The notes under the pieces were generated by a model. That model made no database searches and had not been told where the DNA came from. It worked only from the letters and a program-made list of their open reading frames with translations. From Daphnia carinata (Eukaryota), in NCBI RefSeq assembly GCF_022539665.2, contig NC_081331.1, positions 3,968,001 to 4,032,000 on the forward strand: DNA of 64,000 nucleotides, written 5' to 3'. This document shows, piece by piece, positions 40,309 to 53,510 of the stretch. Position 1 is the first letter of the stretch, and every line of letters begins with the position of its first letter. The translations under genes and the position numbers were made by a program.

Positions 40309-41715
40309 CGAATTGCTCATTTTTTTCCCTTTTCAATTCTAAATGGAACGGGCGGATCATAAAAGGAAATTGCACGCAAAGTGACAACCAGTGGGCGACA
40401 AAAAGGGAATGTAGGCCGTTTGAAGTTGATGAATGTTTGACGTTATTTGGCTCGTAAAAAAAAAAATTTCCTACGCGCGACTTTGTGAACTAGAAAGAGA
40501 CACACGCACGCACACACGTATGTTCACTCTGTCACGCAAGAACGGACAGCAGTCAAGCCTTTCTTTTCATCCAAAGACTTTCTCTCTAATTTTTTTTTGC
40601 TGCCTAAAATAGAAAAATATTAAATTCGACTTAAAAGATTAATTAAATTATTAATACTCCATTCATTTTTAGAGCTATTGTGCAGCTTGATTTACATCGC
40701 ATTATAAGTTAATAGCATTAAATAAAACCTATAAACATCCCGGAGCTATAAACTATGTGATGTTCATTCGTTTATTCCTTCGCGCAATAATAAGCTTTAA
40801 AAGAAAATTATTTTTTAGACTTGTGGAAGAGCGGGGGGGGGGGGATTAAAAGCTGACGAGTCACGAATCTTTTTCTTTTTTCCTTTAATGTAAATTTCAC
40901 ACGTGAACGCGATTGGGGGAGGGTAGGGTGTGTAATTTGAAAAAAATCCTTGATATGTGTGCACACACGGATGTATATATATATAGACGTCTGAACACAC
41001 AATAAAGAGGATGAAAATGTTTACGGATAGACAGGCCATGGCCGGCCATTGAACTGACATCTCAATTTCATCCTTTTTTTTCTATATATATTTAATTTTT
41101 GTGTTAATACTTGTATCGCTGTTGGACTGTTATAGACTATGCTCCTTAGTAGTCTTTCGATCGACATTTGAGTTGAGCTGATTATAATAAATAAATATAT
41201 TATACCGGTCTGGAAATGCACAACGTCTCTATTCAGGCACAGACTCGCAGCTCCATAACTGTAAAATAAATAAATTTTTTTTTTTTTTAAATCAGAGAAC
41301 CAAAATAAGAAATTGTTTACATCGTTGGCCGTTGGTTTTCCATTTCTTCACAATTTTTGTTTTTTTATTGTAACAACTATCCCTAGTTTTCTCTGTGAAT
41401 AAAAACAAATAACAACTTTCATTGTGGTTGTTGTGGTACGTGGCTTCTGCCAATAAATGCGAGCAGTAAAGGAATGCGTGTGCCTTTTTTGATGATAGAA
41501 AACTGATTATAAATTCTAATGGACTCCGTGATAGCCGATATTTTTATATTATCCTAGGGGATACATTTCCATTGTTTTTTTTGTTTCTGGTTTGGTTCAC
41601 CTTTTTTTTTTTATGACCACTGGGAGTTTCTTTTTATTATTTTTATTAGTTTATTATTTGTTTTTCTCATGTTCTTTTTATTCATTTCTCTTTTTTTCTG
41701 AATTTCAAATTACAG

Positions 41716-41809
41716 GTTCACTACCGACCGGGCTTTATGCCGGTCATTCCGATCTATGGCGAAGATATTACAACCACCAGTGGCAGCACCAGAAGCGTCC
41801 GTGATGAAG
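41716..41809 (+). CDS. Isolated exon of an unidentified large gene (VHYRPGFMPVIPIYGEDITTTSGSTRSVRDE, ends phase 1)
   Basis: Long T-rich tract then ttacag|GTT acceptor; donor GAAG|gtaaaa; a GC-balanced 94-nt island in AT-rich DNA; in-frame ATG at 41737; phase-compatible with 51944. Confidence 0.6.
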
Positions 41810-41940
41810 GTAAAAAAAAAATCGCAGTTTCCTTTATGAATATAGAATTATTTTTGGTTGCTGTAGTTATTTGTTATAGCATCGTTATCGGCTTTCTTTA
41901 AATGATGTCTTTTACCGATCCGATCGAGTTCATATTCACG

Positions 41941-41953
41941 CCGCTAGATGGCA
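41941..41953 (+). promoter_or_regulatory. CTCF-like binding motif
   Basis: CCGCTAGATGGCA; the first 12 nt equal the recalled arthropod CTCF consensus. Confidence 0.5.
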
Positions 41954-44424
41954 TGACTCATCGCGTCAATATCTTTGTTTTTCTTTCTGAATTTCGCCGT
42001 AGAAATTTCGGGCCGGTTGTGCAGCTCAATCTTCCCCTGTTTGTTGTTGTTGCGTTGTCCACACAAAGCTGTCCGAGCTCTTTTGACTCAGCTTTTGCCG
42101 CTGTTAAGCAATTGTAATGATGAGGAATATTTTTTTTTTCTCTCCCCTCATCCCATCCGTTGGGCTGTGCTTGTTTTTCTTACGTGCTGCGGTCTATTGG
42201 CTTACCAAAGGCCGGGTAAAAAAAAAAAAAAAAGGAAGGGGGGGGAGGAACGTCGGAGATGAGCGGATGTCACTTTGCTACTAAGCGAAGGTAAAAATCG
42301 CCGTCGTCATCGTGCGGAGGAAGGAACTTAGACGAAGAAAAAACACACACATAAACATAAAAACACATCGAGTTAAAAAAGACGACAGGGTCGAAAGTTG
42401 CAGTAGAAATGCAGACGGGGGAAAGGAAGAAGAAAAAAAAAAGAGCAGCGGGAGCCAGCTGTGAGAGGCGAACTGTATGCCGTGGCGTCTGTTTGTTAAT
42501 TTATGAAGACGAGCCAGTGAGACAGCCACGTACAAACAAAAGGAGGAGGAAAGAAAAAAAAAAAAGCGCAGAGACTTCCTTTTTTAGACGAGTTAGCAAA
42601 GGCACGTGCCCTTATATTTCCCTTTCTCATAGCAGAGTTGTGTATTTTATACCCCCCACTCTCCTCTTGGGCTCTGTTTCACCATTTAAGCTGCTATTCT
42701 ACACTCCGAAATCTAAGCCGGAAAGTCTTCCGCTTTATTTCTTTAAACGTCTTTCACGTCTTAGCGCCACTTCCATTTTTCTTTACATCATTCTCTCACA
42801 AAAATAAAAAGATGAGAATAATAGAGAATGAAGATGAGAAGAAGAGACAAATAAAAACAAAAACGGTTCATTTCGACGTTTTGCTTGCAAGCTAATATGA
42901 CGAACAGAGTGGATAATAACTAATTATCCTAGTTTCTGGAATATTATTTTGTACGCACTCGTCCCTCTTCGACTTCCTCATAGTCCAATTAGGTTGGGCG
43001 ACTTGTTTTAATCTTTTTGTGTGTGTTTCCATCGAGCTCAGAACTGACAGTCAGAGGATTTTCAAATCAATGATCCATTTTCCTAATGCAAGTTTGAGAA
43101 AATATTTCTCCCTTCGTATTCTACACGCAAGCGGGACGACAAAAGAAAACTGGGGGACAGCAGCGCGTCCCCCCACTTCCTAACGGGAGCGACGCTTTAG
43201 CCTTGTGATGATGTATGTAGGCCGAACTTGTCATTGACAAATGTGGAGGGCGTGGCTGTGGCTAGAGGCAATCGAGCGAAATGGACCCCGAATATATTTT
43301 TATATATTTCCACCCCACATCTTTCATTTTCTAGAATTCTTTTTTTTTTCTGTTATTGTTTCCGCGGTCTGGGAATCGTGTGAAAAACAAAATTATTTTT
43401 TTGTTTGCTTTTAAAAGTTTGTTTTGGAAATAACCGCGCCAAATTTGAAAGAGCTAAGATATAAAGTACAAGTCATTTATCGATCTGCGCACTTTTTTTT
43501 TCCCTTTGGGCGCGATCGATAACATTGGCGTGAACAAATACCTTCTCCGAGCCCAAGCCGTAAAACATCACAAGGCTTCTTATTACATACGTACGTGTAG
43601 AGGCTTCTCCTTAAGCAGCTAAAGAACTCGTGCACTTTTCTCCGTGACCAGATATTATTCTGTGGTCTCTACACACCGTGACGTGAGGAAAAAAAAAGGC
43701 CTCCCTCACACCTCCTCCCCCCCCTATTCGTTGTCATTATCATTAAGGGAAACGACTGCGATGCCCTCTTCCATCATGTGTATTGTTCTCGCGCTATCAT
43801 CTCATAAATACTCGCAACGATTTGTATTACGCACACATAAACAAACTAGCAAACAACTTTGTTTTGCTTTCATTCCCTTGCGTCCGGGACTAATGGTTTA
43901 TATGAGTCACATCCCCCTCTTCTTCTCGGCCGCGTGAATAATTTAGTATCAAAAATGATTTCCTTAACTCTTAAGAGGCCGTCCTCCCCCCAAACCCGGA
44001 TGTGGCGTCATCATCCAGTAAGAGTTTCAAGTTTTTTTCTTCTTTGCAATGGACGCTACAGTCAAATTATGAACGAGGATTATTCGCATTGAATGAATTT
44101 ATACAAATGACGTCGGTAGAAAATGTTGGTCTGTGTGTTTCTTTTTTTTTTTTTTTATGGAACTAACAAAAGAAAAAAAAGGGGGGAGGGTATGGATAAA
44201 GTCGAGTACATTAAGAGGACGTAAGAGAGCTACTGGCGCTGTACGACGCATTTAACCGAGGAGATTATGTGTTCTCTCGATCGTCGCCCGTTTTTGTGTA
44301 TCGCAGAGGCTTGTTGCAATCGGCTGCGAATAAACGTACAGATAGGGAAGAGGATGAAGAAAAAAAGAAAGAATGAGAAAACAGGAGGGGGAGATGGTAG
44401 AGATGATAAAAGAGAGCTATGACT

Positions 44425-44790
44425 AGAGAGAGAGAGAGAGGGGAGACTGCGCGACGTCGACGACGCCGTACAGTAACCATGGTGTATAACCAATCTCTCC
44501 CCCCTCTGTATTCATCAGTCGCCCAGCAGAGTCCAGCAACGCCAAAAGCTTGTTCCAGTTTCTCTCTTTTTTTCCATTTCTTTCTTTTCATTTTTGAAAA
44601 AAAAAAAGGAAGAAACAAAACATTTGCGACGTACGTTCGTTTTTTTTTTTCTTTGTTGGCTTCGTCCTTCTTTTTTGTGGATACAACTTCCTCAGTTCAA
44701 AACCAGTGACATTTAAATTATCGTTCGGAGAACGCCCCAAAATAAATCGGCAGAATTGTGATACTGTCACGAACATTGCACGCAGAAAAG
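44425..44790 (+). promoter_or_regulatory. Candidate internal promoter with non-coding first exon
   Basis: (AG)8 GAGA element at 44425-44440, arthropod initiator-like TCAGTC at 44515-44520, and a strong donor AAAAG|gtgagc at 44790. Confidence 0.4.
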
Positions 44791-46172
44791 GTGAGCGCGT
44801 TTTCATCTTTTTTGTTTTGTTTTAAAGAAAAGCGTTTCTTTTCAATTGATGGACTTTTTTGTGGATGTAAAACGTGACGAATAAAAACGTTGCTGTTTTA
44901 ATGCGTGTGTGTGTGTGTCCCGATCCGGTGTAGAGCGCATGTAACACCGTGAGCGAAACAATTCAACTTAGGAGAGGCCACACGCGCATTTATTATCCGC
45001 TGCACGCAAACGGCGCCAGTATAGTTTTTTTTTTCTTCTTCACTTCGTCTATTGTGTAAACGACCCGTTTTCCATATCCTTTTTGATGCTCACGCACGTT
45101 TTTTTTTGTTTTCGGGACGTTCGTATTTTTCTTAATTTTTTTTTGTGTCTTGATTGCGGAATAAAAGGTAGACAATCAGCGAGACTAATAAGGATTTTAA
45201 TGCAGAATTTGATAGAGAAATCACGCGGTTTTCTATTTTCTTCTCGCTTTTTTTTTTTGTTAAAAAAAAAAATTCTTATTTGATAAATTTCTTGTTGTTG
45301 TTTTCGTGTTTGGCCTCTGCTTAACGTCTGCCAGTTAGGCGTCTGTTTTTTCCTTTTTTATTTGATAAGAATTTTTCTTTTTCTTTCTGAATAAACAAAC
45401 CAGACGCCGCCGCTTTTAGTAAATCAATAATCTGAATTTGTAGGTTTTTTTTTTGCCCTCTTCATTTGTCCCGCCTTTGGGCCTGGCAAAGAAGTCTTTC
45501 AAGGCTGTCTCTTTATCTTCTAAGATCTAACAATATTATTTAAAAAGTTTCTTCTTTCACGAAATTATTGGACCTTTTTAAATCATATTTCATCCTTTTT
45601 TTAAAAAGAATTTATCCTCTTAAATTCAGTTTCAAGTCCATCTTGGTAACAACTATTCTTCTGGTGCATTTCTGAATTCTCAATATTCGTTTCTATGGTT
45701 TCTTTTGAATTTCGATCTTCTTTTTCTTTTGGAACATCCCAACGGACATTGCAGTCGCCCCGATTGTCCAACATTCTTGTTAGTTTTCCGCTGTTACCGT
45801 TGTTACATTTTTCACGACATTAACACAGATGGGACGTGTTCCAAACAACTTCTTTCTCGGTTATCCACCACCATGTTTATTATTATTATTTTTTTAATGT
45901 TATTCCACTTTTGGCGAATGTTGATGTCGCAGCATTTTCCACATCTCTTTGTAATGTTTGGCGAAAGAGAGAAAGGCATGTGCGATCATTTCTTTCTCTC
46001 TCTCCCTCTCCACTCATCAATAGCTTCTCTTTTGCTTTCCTCATCCGTTTTTTTTTCATGAATCTTTTTCCTAGTGGTCTCAGATTGAGAGAACCCTATG
46101 CTCTACCCACCCAGTTCTTTTGTTGTTGACGAACCGATCGATGGCGGGCCAGCTTTTTTGCTCCGGCTCTCG

Positions 46173-46190
46173 CTCTCTCTCTCTCTCTCT
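46173..46190. repeat. (CT)n microsatellite / GAGA element
   Basis: ctctctctctctctctct, immediately followed by ttataaa. Confidence 0.85.
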
Positions 46191-48022
46191 TTATAAATGT
46201 ATATACATCTAAGGCTATATAACAGCAGAGTGCTACAACTAAAAGAGGGGGGGGCGACTATAGGCCAGGAAATCTATACGTATCAAAGAATAGAGAAATA
46301 TGTGTTAGATCTACACAGAGTACTACTAGATTTAGAAAAGGAAGCACAGACACACACAAAATAAAAAGAAGGGGGGTCCCGATCGATCCGGATATAAAGC
46401 TCTTTTTTTTTTGTTCTGTCCTTCTTGATCCAGCACGATTTTTTTTTACTTCTTTATTACGTAGGGGGCCGAGGGATTGTCAGCTTTACGTGGGGGAGCC
46501 ACTGTTATGTTTCACTTAAGAATTGTTTAGGCGATCGCGCAACGGTGGATTGAACGAAACCCGGAAAGAAGAAGGGGATAAACAATGTCTGAGGTATTTG
46601 TGCGTGTGTGTGTGTGTGGGTCAAATTTAGCTTCAGTTGACATACCCACGGTACCTATTCGTTCTTCGAATTTCGATTTCAAAACATCCATACTGTGATG
46701 ATGATGAATTTGACTTCTGAAAACGCTGTTTGTTTTTACTCGTGAATCGATCATCATTGCGTTCGTGTTTATAGTGGAAGTAACACATCAGCCGAGGATG
46801 GAGTTGTCATTGAAGACACAAAAGATATCCATCATCGTCGCTCGGCCGGTTCGACTCCGATGTGAAGGGAGTCTGATCATTTTCATCATCCCGAGCGACA
46901 GTACAGAAAATAGGAAATTCTTTTTTTTTTTTTGTTGTTGTTGATGGTGGTGGACAAAACTATTCGTCTCCGTATTTGTCACGCTTTGATTCGCCAACAG
47001 GAAAAAAAAAAAAGAATTACGATCTATAGTCTTCATTGATGTAGCCACACAAGCTCGAATAGAAAGCGCTTATTAGTCTCTTGGTGTGTAATTATTTATT
47101 TATTGATGTTTTTTTTTTTCATTTTGGCAAAGCTCATCGTTTTTGTCAGGGGCGTTTCTATACCCAAATTTTTTTTTAAAAGCACATTGATTGATTAACG
47201 CGATTCAATCAAATCGTCCATCTTTTTCTGCAACGTGAAAACGCGGAAGCGCATTCTTCGATTTTACTTCCCACAAAAACAAATCAATTTGTATGAATGC
47301 GATTGATAGTCGAGGGATTTAAAAGACTATCGGCCGTTGAGAGGATTGACACTTTGGCTGTAACCCCTCCCCAATCCTCATATAGAGATCGATGTGTATT
47401 ACACATAATAACTCCTCGTGTATGTGAGGTGCCGGCGGTCAGTTTTTCATTAAATGCGGGCAAGCGATACATCTTGGGCTGTCGGTTGTACGGAAAACGG
47501 GCCACTCGTACGTGAAATTTTTCTTTTCTCCCTTTAGTCACGCGGCTAAAGAAACGGGGCGTCGATTCCAATAAGCCCGTGTGTGACAGGCCTCGTCAAT
47601 CTTTCCATTTACTTCTCCTCCCGACTCTTTCTTGTAAATCCCCTTGCGGGTGTTCTTGGTTCACGATCGATTATTGGTAGGATATTATTTTATATGTATT
47701 TTCAAACCGTCGGGAAACGAATATTTATGGCGGGGGTACTCTTCAGTTTCTGGCCTACAATATAATCCTTTCGCCTGCCTGCCACCGACAACACGATAGA
47801 CAAGAGTCAGACTGACAGACATAAAAACTGAATATAAAATGTATTGGGGGGAGGAAGAAGAAGAAGAAAAAAAATGTTTAAATGAAAAGCGGACACATCG
47901 GCGGCCGTTATTCAGTCGCAGGGACGCTGTTTTCGATTATACGAATAGACTGCGTGAAAATGGAATGCCTCGTTTGAACGAAGACGAATGAAGGAAAGTC
48001 ATAAAATCGTTTGAGATCCCCC

Positions 48023-48055
<33 letters not shown>

Positions 48056-51000
48056 CTACATGCCGCTCTGGAGGCTATTGTCACATAAATCGCCCGATAT
48101 TGAAAATGTGGCCCGATGTTTGGGCCATTTTTTTTTTCTTGGGCTTCTAGCAGCATCTCCCGTTCTAGAATTTCTTTTACATCTTTCCCCCTGTAGAGAG
48201 GGAGTCTCTTTTTTTTCTTCCGTCGATCTATATTCAAATTTTTTTTTGTTTTTTTTTTTTATCCCGAGAAGAAGAATGAAAATGCAACCTTTTCTATGTT
48301 TATATATTGGATCGTGCAGACAGAAAAACGGTTCACTATGGAAACGATTTCCTTTTTTTTTTTTTTTTTTTCAAGATGCGTTTTCTTTCCCCCATTCCAA
48401 CGGGATTTTTCTTTTTCCTATTCAGATTTATTTATTTTCAGATCACTTTCTTTTTGCTGGCCATAAACAGCTAATATAGTTCACCGTCTAAACTTTTGAG
48501 TGTCTGTACATGTGTTGTAGAAAGACTTCTTGTTTGTATAGGTCTATAGGGGAAACAAGAAATTTAAATGGAAATTTAAAAAGAAAAGAAGGAAATTGGG
48601 AAGAATTGTTGTAAAAAAAAAAGAAAACTATTGGCCGGAAATGCTCCCACTTGACATGTTATTCGGGGAGCTTTTTTTTTCCTCTTTACGACCCTCTCTA
48701 TAAAGACGAGATCAGTCAACAGCTTAAAATGTTCTTGTTATTATTAATAGTAAAGAAAATGAAATTTGTTATTTTTAACTTTGATGGAATAATTTTTGTT
48801 TAATGCCCGTATGGGTGGGCTTTTTTCTTCTTTATATATTACCCCTCCTGTTGTCTTTTTTTTTTGTTTCGTGTGTAGAAATCTTGTAGAAGAACACATC
48901 TCATCAGCTCTCCTTTTTGGGTGTAAAAGACCCACTGTATCATTCATCTGAAGCTGTTACATTACTCGCCATATACGTAACGTGGTCTTACTCTGCATAT
49001 CCGGGGGAGAAAAAAAAATGAATATTTAAGGAATAGTGCTCCTCCCTTAAATGATGAATAAACAGAGCTTAACTATCAAGCTATGACAGTTTCCTTAGAC
49101 ATAAAAGTCAAGTTGATCTACAGTGCATTAAGCATTTTTTTTCTTTTCTCCCTCACTTCTTTTTTCATCCATTTAATGAAGGGGATTTGAAATTCCCTCC
49201 CAGAAAAAAATATTTCTCTACCCTTTAGAAATGATAGGCAATTTGAATGCTGGCTGCCCTTTTTCTTTGATACTTTCCATTGTGTTGAGAAGATGCGAGA
49301 TCGTTAGCGCCTCTTCATTATCCCAAAAAACATTTGAAACTCGACACCACTTCAATTGTTTTTTTTTAAGGGCGGGATATTCAATTTCAAATCGGGGCGT
49401 TCGCCTTGGCCACGTACATTGAATCAAATTATTGTCCAACTTCTTCAACGATTCTTCCCCAAAAGAGCAGCAATTTGCATAGCAATTTTCCACCGATGTA
49501 TTTCGTATTTTTCGCTGTGTATTTCGACAGGCCTTTCTATTTTCGTCGTGACATATCCTTTAAAAAACAGGGTAGTCTGAAAAGTGTCAAATTAAACAGA
49601 GTACCCGTACATGCAAGCGCTCACTGTAGCTCTTTTCCCCTCCACTTACTAGCGCGCCAATGGCGAAACGGCTTGTCGTAATACAAGACACAAGCGAGGG
49701 TGAAACAAGAGCAAATCTAATTAAACCATATTCCCCGTCTCTTTCGCATCCCCCCCCCCCTCAGTTTGGCCCTGATTCGAGCCTCGTACATCGAATTTCC
49801 TCCACAGTAAGTAACTTATTTACAAGATTTATTCCGCTCATCAATAATTAAGTTTTGAGCTAAATTTTTTTTTGTGTGCGCGTTTGTTTTTGTTTGACGT
49901 TAACGATCGATACGCAACTATAAATTGAGATGAATTTCTACGACGCGTAGGCGAGGGTTGATAGCACGAAATAATGTTAAACGAGGTAAACAGTTATAGT
50001 CGTGTTGAGGAACAAGTATACATTACGCAGTATTGGAACCGTCTGCTGGAAACGCTAATTATAGATGCACAAAAAGAATGCGGTGGGCCGCACTAAAGGC
50101 CAGACGTCCAATTTGTCCGACTTTTGTTTTTCCTTGTGGTTTTCTTGTTGAAAATTATTATATAGTCTACTCATCTGTTCTTGTATTTCTCTACCCATCG
50201 CTTGTTTTTCGACCGCATACAACATATATAAGTAGATGCAAGCCGCATTGTTTATTTTTCTTTCAGGGGGGGGGGGGGAGGTGGGCGCGCGTTCCAGTCT
50301 GACACGAAACTCCCAACTAATGGACGAACAGCGTGATCTGTCGAATTCTTTCCTGTCGTTCCTTTTTTTTTCTCTCTCTCTCTGTGGGAGGAAGGTATGA
50401 AAGTCTCGTATGTAAACGATGATGAGCTTTTTCGTGTTCGACCTTTTTTCGAAAAGGCCAGGAAACGTGATTTGTTTTTGATGATGGAATTGGTTCACTG
50501 GCAAGACAAACAGCGACAGACTCATCTCCATTCAAAGATAATTATGTAAAGAATGGATACATGACGTGCCATCACTTTGGCCGGCTGACGACATTGTCAT
50601 TTGCCATCCTGTCCGCCTCTTTGTGTAGTTTATTTTCGAACGGGACGCCCACCACCGTCTAACTTGCATCATCGTCAAAAACTGCCGGTTGTTTTCTTCT
50701 TTTTTTTTATGTTTCGTATATATTTGTTTTAACGATCGGGTCATCGACAACAGCTGAACGTCCACAATATGGCCTTCAACGCGTTTGTGGGTTGGGCTAA
50801 TGAATTCATCCCGGCAATTGGTAGAAAATGTTGGCCAAATAAAGTCTTTTTCTGCGGGGTGGTTTACTTGAAAAAAAAAAAAAAAAAAAAAGAATTCCTG
50901 TTTGATATTAACGGTGAGATGGATCGTGATAACAGCCGTAAGACACAAGTCGTTGCTCGTGTGGTGTAATATATACACTACCGTTATATAAAAAAAAAGG

Positions 51001-51943
51001 ATTCAACATACCTTTCAGAAAGAAAAAAGATTTTCAAAAGGAGAGAGATGATGATCGACTAGGCAATGCCGTCTGCTTGGGTAACCGTGAAAATCCGCTT
51101 ACATACTCTCTCCTTGTGTGGTTAAAACAGATAGAACGTGAAAAAAAAGAGAGGAAAAAAAAAAGAAAGTTTAGGTTGTTAACGAGCTCTGTGCCATTGG
51201 GGATATACTAGGCGCGGAAAATCTTGTCCAGCAAATAGCCAAAAGTCCAATCCAATTTCTTGGGCTCTCATCATTTTTCACCGGAGCAAACTCCCGCGGC
51301 CGTCCTTTTTCTTCTTTTCTTTCAACATTCTTTTCAAACTGGTATGGTACATGGCAATCTAAATGATCTTTTATGTAAGGCCTACTCGTTGTACAGCCTA
51401 CAGCCTTTTGCCCTCCCCTCACATTTACTTTTATTGTATACAATATAAAAAAAAAGGATGTCAGTTTGGCCTTTTCATTCTTCGGTCTCTATACAGAAAA
51501 ACAAGAGAGCAGAGGGGGGAGATTTCTGTTCACAGTGCAAGTTGTGCGATCAATAATGCGAGGCACAGCTAAGAGCAAAGCACACGCAGAGATGATATCG
51601 GGACCCACGTAAGGAAGCTCTGATAACCATGTGACTCCATACATCCGTTCAGTCTCCTGTTTTTTTTTATTCCCCCTTCCAATGACTGGGCTGCTTCCCC
51701 ATCTAATGAAATCTGCATGGTTTTCTGTGGTACACATAGACGAACGCACATGTCACATTCGATTTGTTCTTTTCGATATTTTGGGGTTACTCAACCAAAA
51801 TAGAAAATGTTTGACCGGTGAGACCATAGAGCGTGGAATATCGATTACTGTCGAACAAATTGCTTGATGCTTTCGTCATTCATCAATTAATTTCCAAATA
51901 ATTCCAACTAACGTGATTTGTTTTCCCTTTTTTTTTTGGGCAG

Positions 51944-52071
51944 TTTCGATCAACGAGGATCAAGCGCCGTCTCGTGACCGCACATTAACACGGCCGGCAA
52001 GCAGCGTCTTCCGCCGATCGCTTCTCTTCCGTAAGTCCGGCGTTCCGGCCGGAATCAGCAAAAACCACCAA
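51944..52071 (+). CDS. Exon of the unidentified large gene ((V)SINEDQAPSRDRTLTRPASSVFRRSLLFRKSGVPAGISKNHQ)
   Basis: Branch-point-like ACTAAC at 51907-51912, poly-T tract, cag| acceptor, donor CAA|gtaaga; 128 nt with no stop in the phase-1 frame; followed by a 63-nt intron of typical size. Confidence 0.7.
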
Positions 52072-52134
52072 GTAAGAATTTAAATAAAAATTGAAACATA
52101 AAAACGTTTATCCATTAATGTTTTCAAATTCTAG

Positions 52135-52195
52135 AGTGTGGATTCGCTGGCCGTCACGCGAGAAGAAAGTCGATCTGTGTCCAAAAGTCAGTCCG
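52135..52195 (+). CDS. Exon of the unidentified large gene (SVDSLAVTREESRSVSKSQS, ends phase 1)
   Basis: ttctag| acceptor, consensus donor CCG|gtaagt; in frame with the preceding exon. Confidence 0.7.
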
Positions 52196-53473
52196 GTAAG
52201 TCTTTCACACTCCTCAATTCGCATCATTTCACATAAATATTCAATTATTCATGCATGACTTTCAATGTTGTTGTTTATCCTCGTGTTGCGCTCGTGCTCC
52301 CGCTTCGTTGTGCGTGTTTATCATAATAATGCGATATACTACCTTTGACCTGAATGAATAACTTAAGAAGAGGCATTTGCGTATGCCGTGTACATTTTTT
52401 TTTTTTGGCGGGGTCTAAAGAAAAAAAAAAAAATGGCCATTCCATATAGGCAAACAAAACGTGCCCGAGCATTAGGATACAGTTCAATAGTGTTTGCCTG
52501 TTTTATTTTTCTCATGAATTTTCGCAGCGGTAGTAGGAAGCAACACGGTGGAGAACGATTTGTCAGTCACCGTGCGATGATTCTGATGTTTTTGCCGCAT
52601 TTTTTTTTCCCTTCACATTAGCATAGCAAAAAAGAAACGTGACTGTGAATATAACGGATGATTTAACGGCCATCCGCTAGTAGAGCTTTTGGGTCGCAAA
52701 CATCCGAGTTTGATCGGAATCTCTTACATAAATCTAGAGCACAGCTGTACATGGCGGATGCGCCACCTTTGAAAAACTCTTGTAAAAATATTTTTTTTTG
52801 TTGAAGATGGTGAATGTTGCAACATTCGACAGCTGGTAGAAGTTTTTTTTTTTTGAATGCGAAGCACCCAACAAAAAGGGAGAAACTTTCTAATTCAATT
52901 CGTTTTGAACGATACCACGTCATTACAAGCGATAAGTAATGAAAGTTGGATATTGTTTCCATTCGACTTTTACAGCAGCTAGTGGGATAACTAATTCCGT
53001 CAATGTGAAAATGAAAATTGAAGATTATCAATTGTGAATAGCTCGCCACTGGCCGTGCTGCGAGTGTGCCATTGTGGAAATTCGATTCGTCATTGGATCT
53101 TGCCATTTATTATTATTATTCTATGAAAGTTAGCCGAGCGCGTTCGTGATGATGACCGATCTTTTGTTGCTCTTTTCTCTCAATATTTTCATGATTTTTA
53201 TTATTATGATTTCCCTTTGGTATCACGGGGAACGAAGCTGGTCACGATTCGTTTCCCTTTTTGTTAAAATTGTCCATCGATTGCTTTCCGGCTAAAAATG
53301 AGAAGACGGCCACGGTTGACCCAGCGAGGGTCTCTTTACCCCCGGTCAGCATCCGCCTCGTTTCCTTCCGATCCGAATCCAATGGAGCACTTTACTTGCT
53401 TTGGCCACGTGCCCTTTTAGTGGCCTCACTTCTCTTTTGATCCCCACTATTCAAATCATTCTCTCCATATTTA

Positions 53474-53510
53474 ATGACGACCAACACTGTGAAAGACCAA
53501 TCGAATCCAA
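53474..53510 (+). other. Candidate alternative first coding exon (MTTNTVKDQSNP, phase 1)
   Basis: ATG at 53474, 37 nt to the donor CAA|gtgagt. Confidence 0.35.

Noticed and set aside
46784..46864. Canonical tRNA gene
   Set aside because: A B-box is present, but there are no D or anticodon arms with tRNA geometry and the T-stem is imperfect; kept only as an unclassified candidate.
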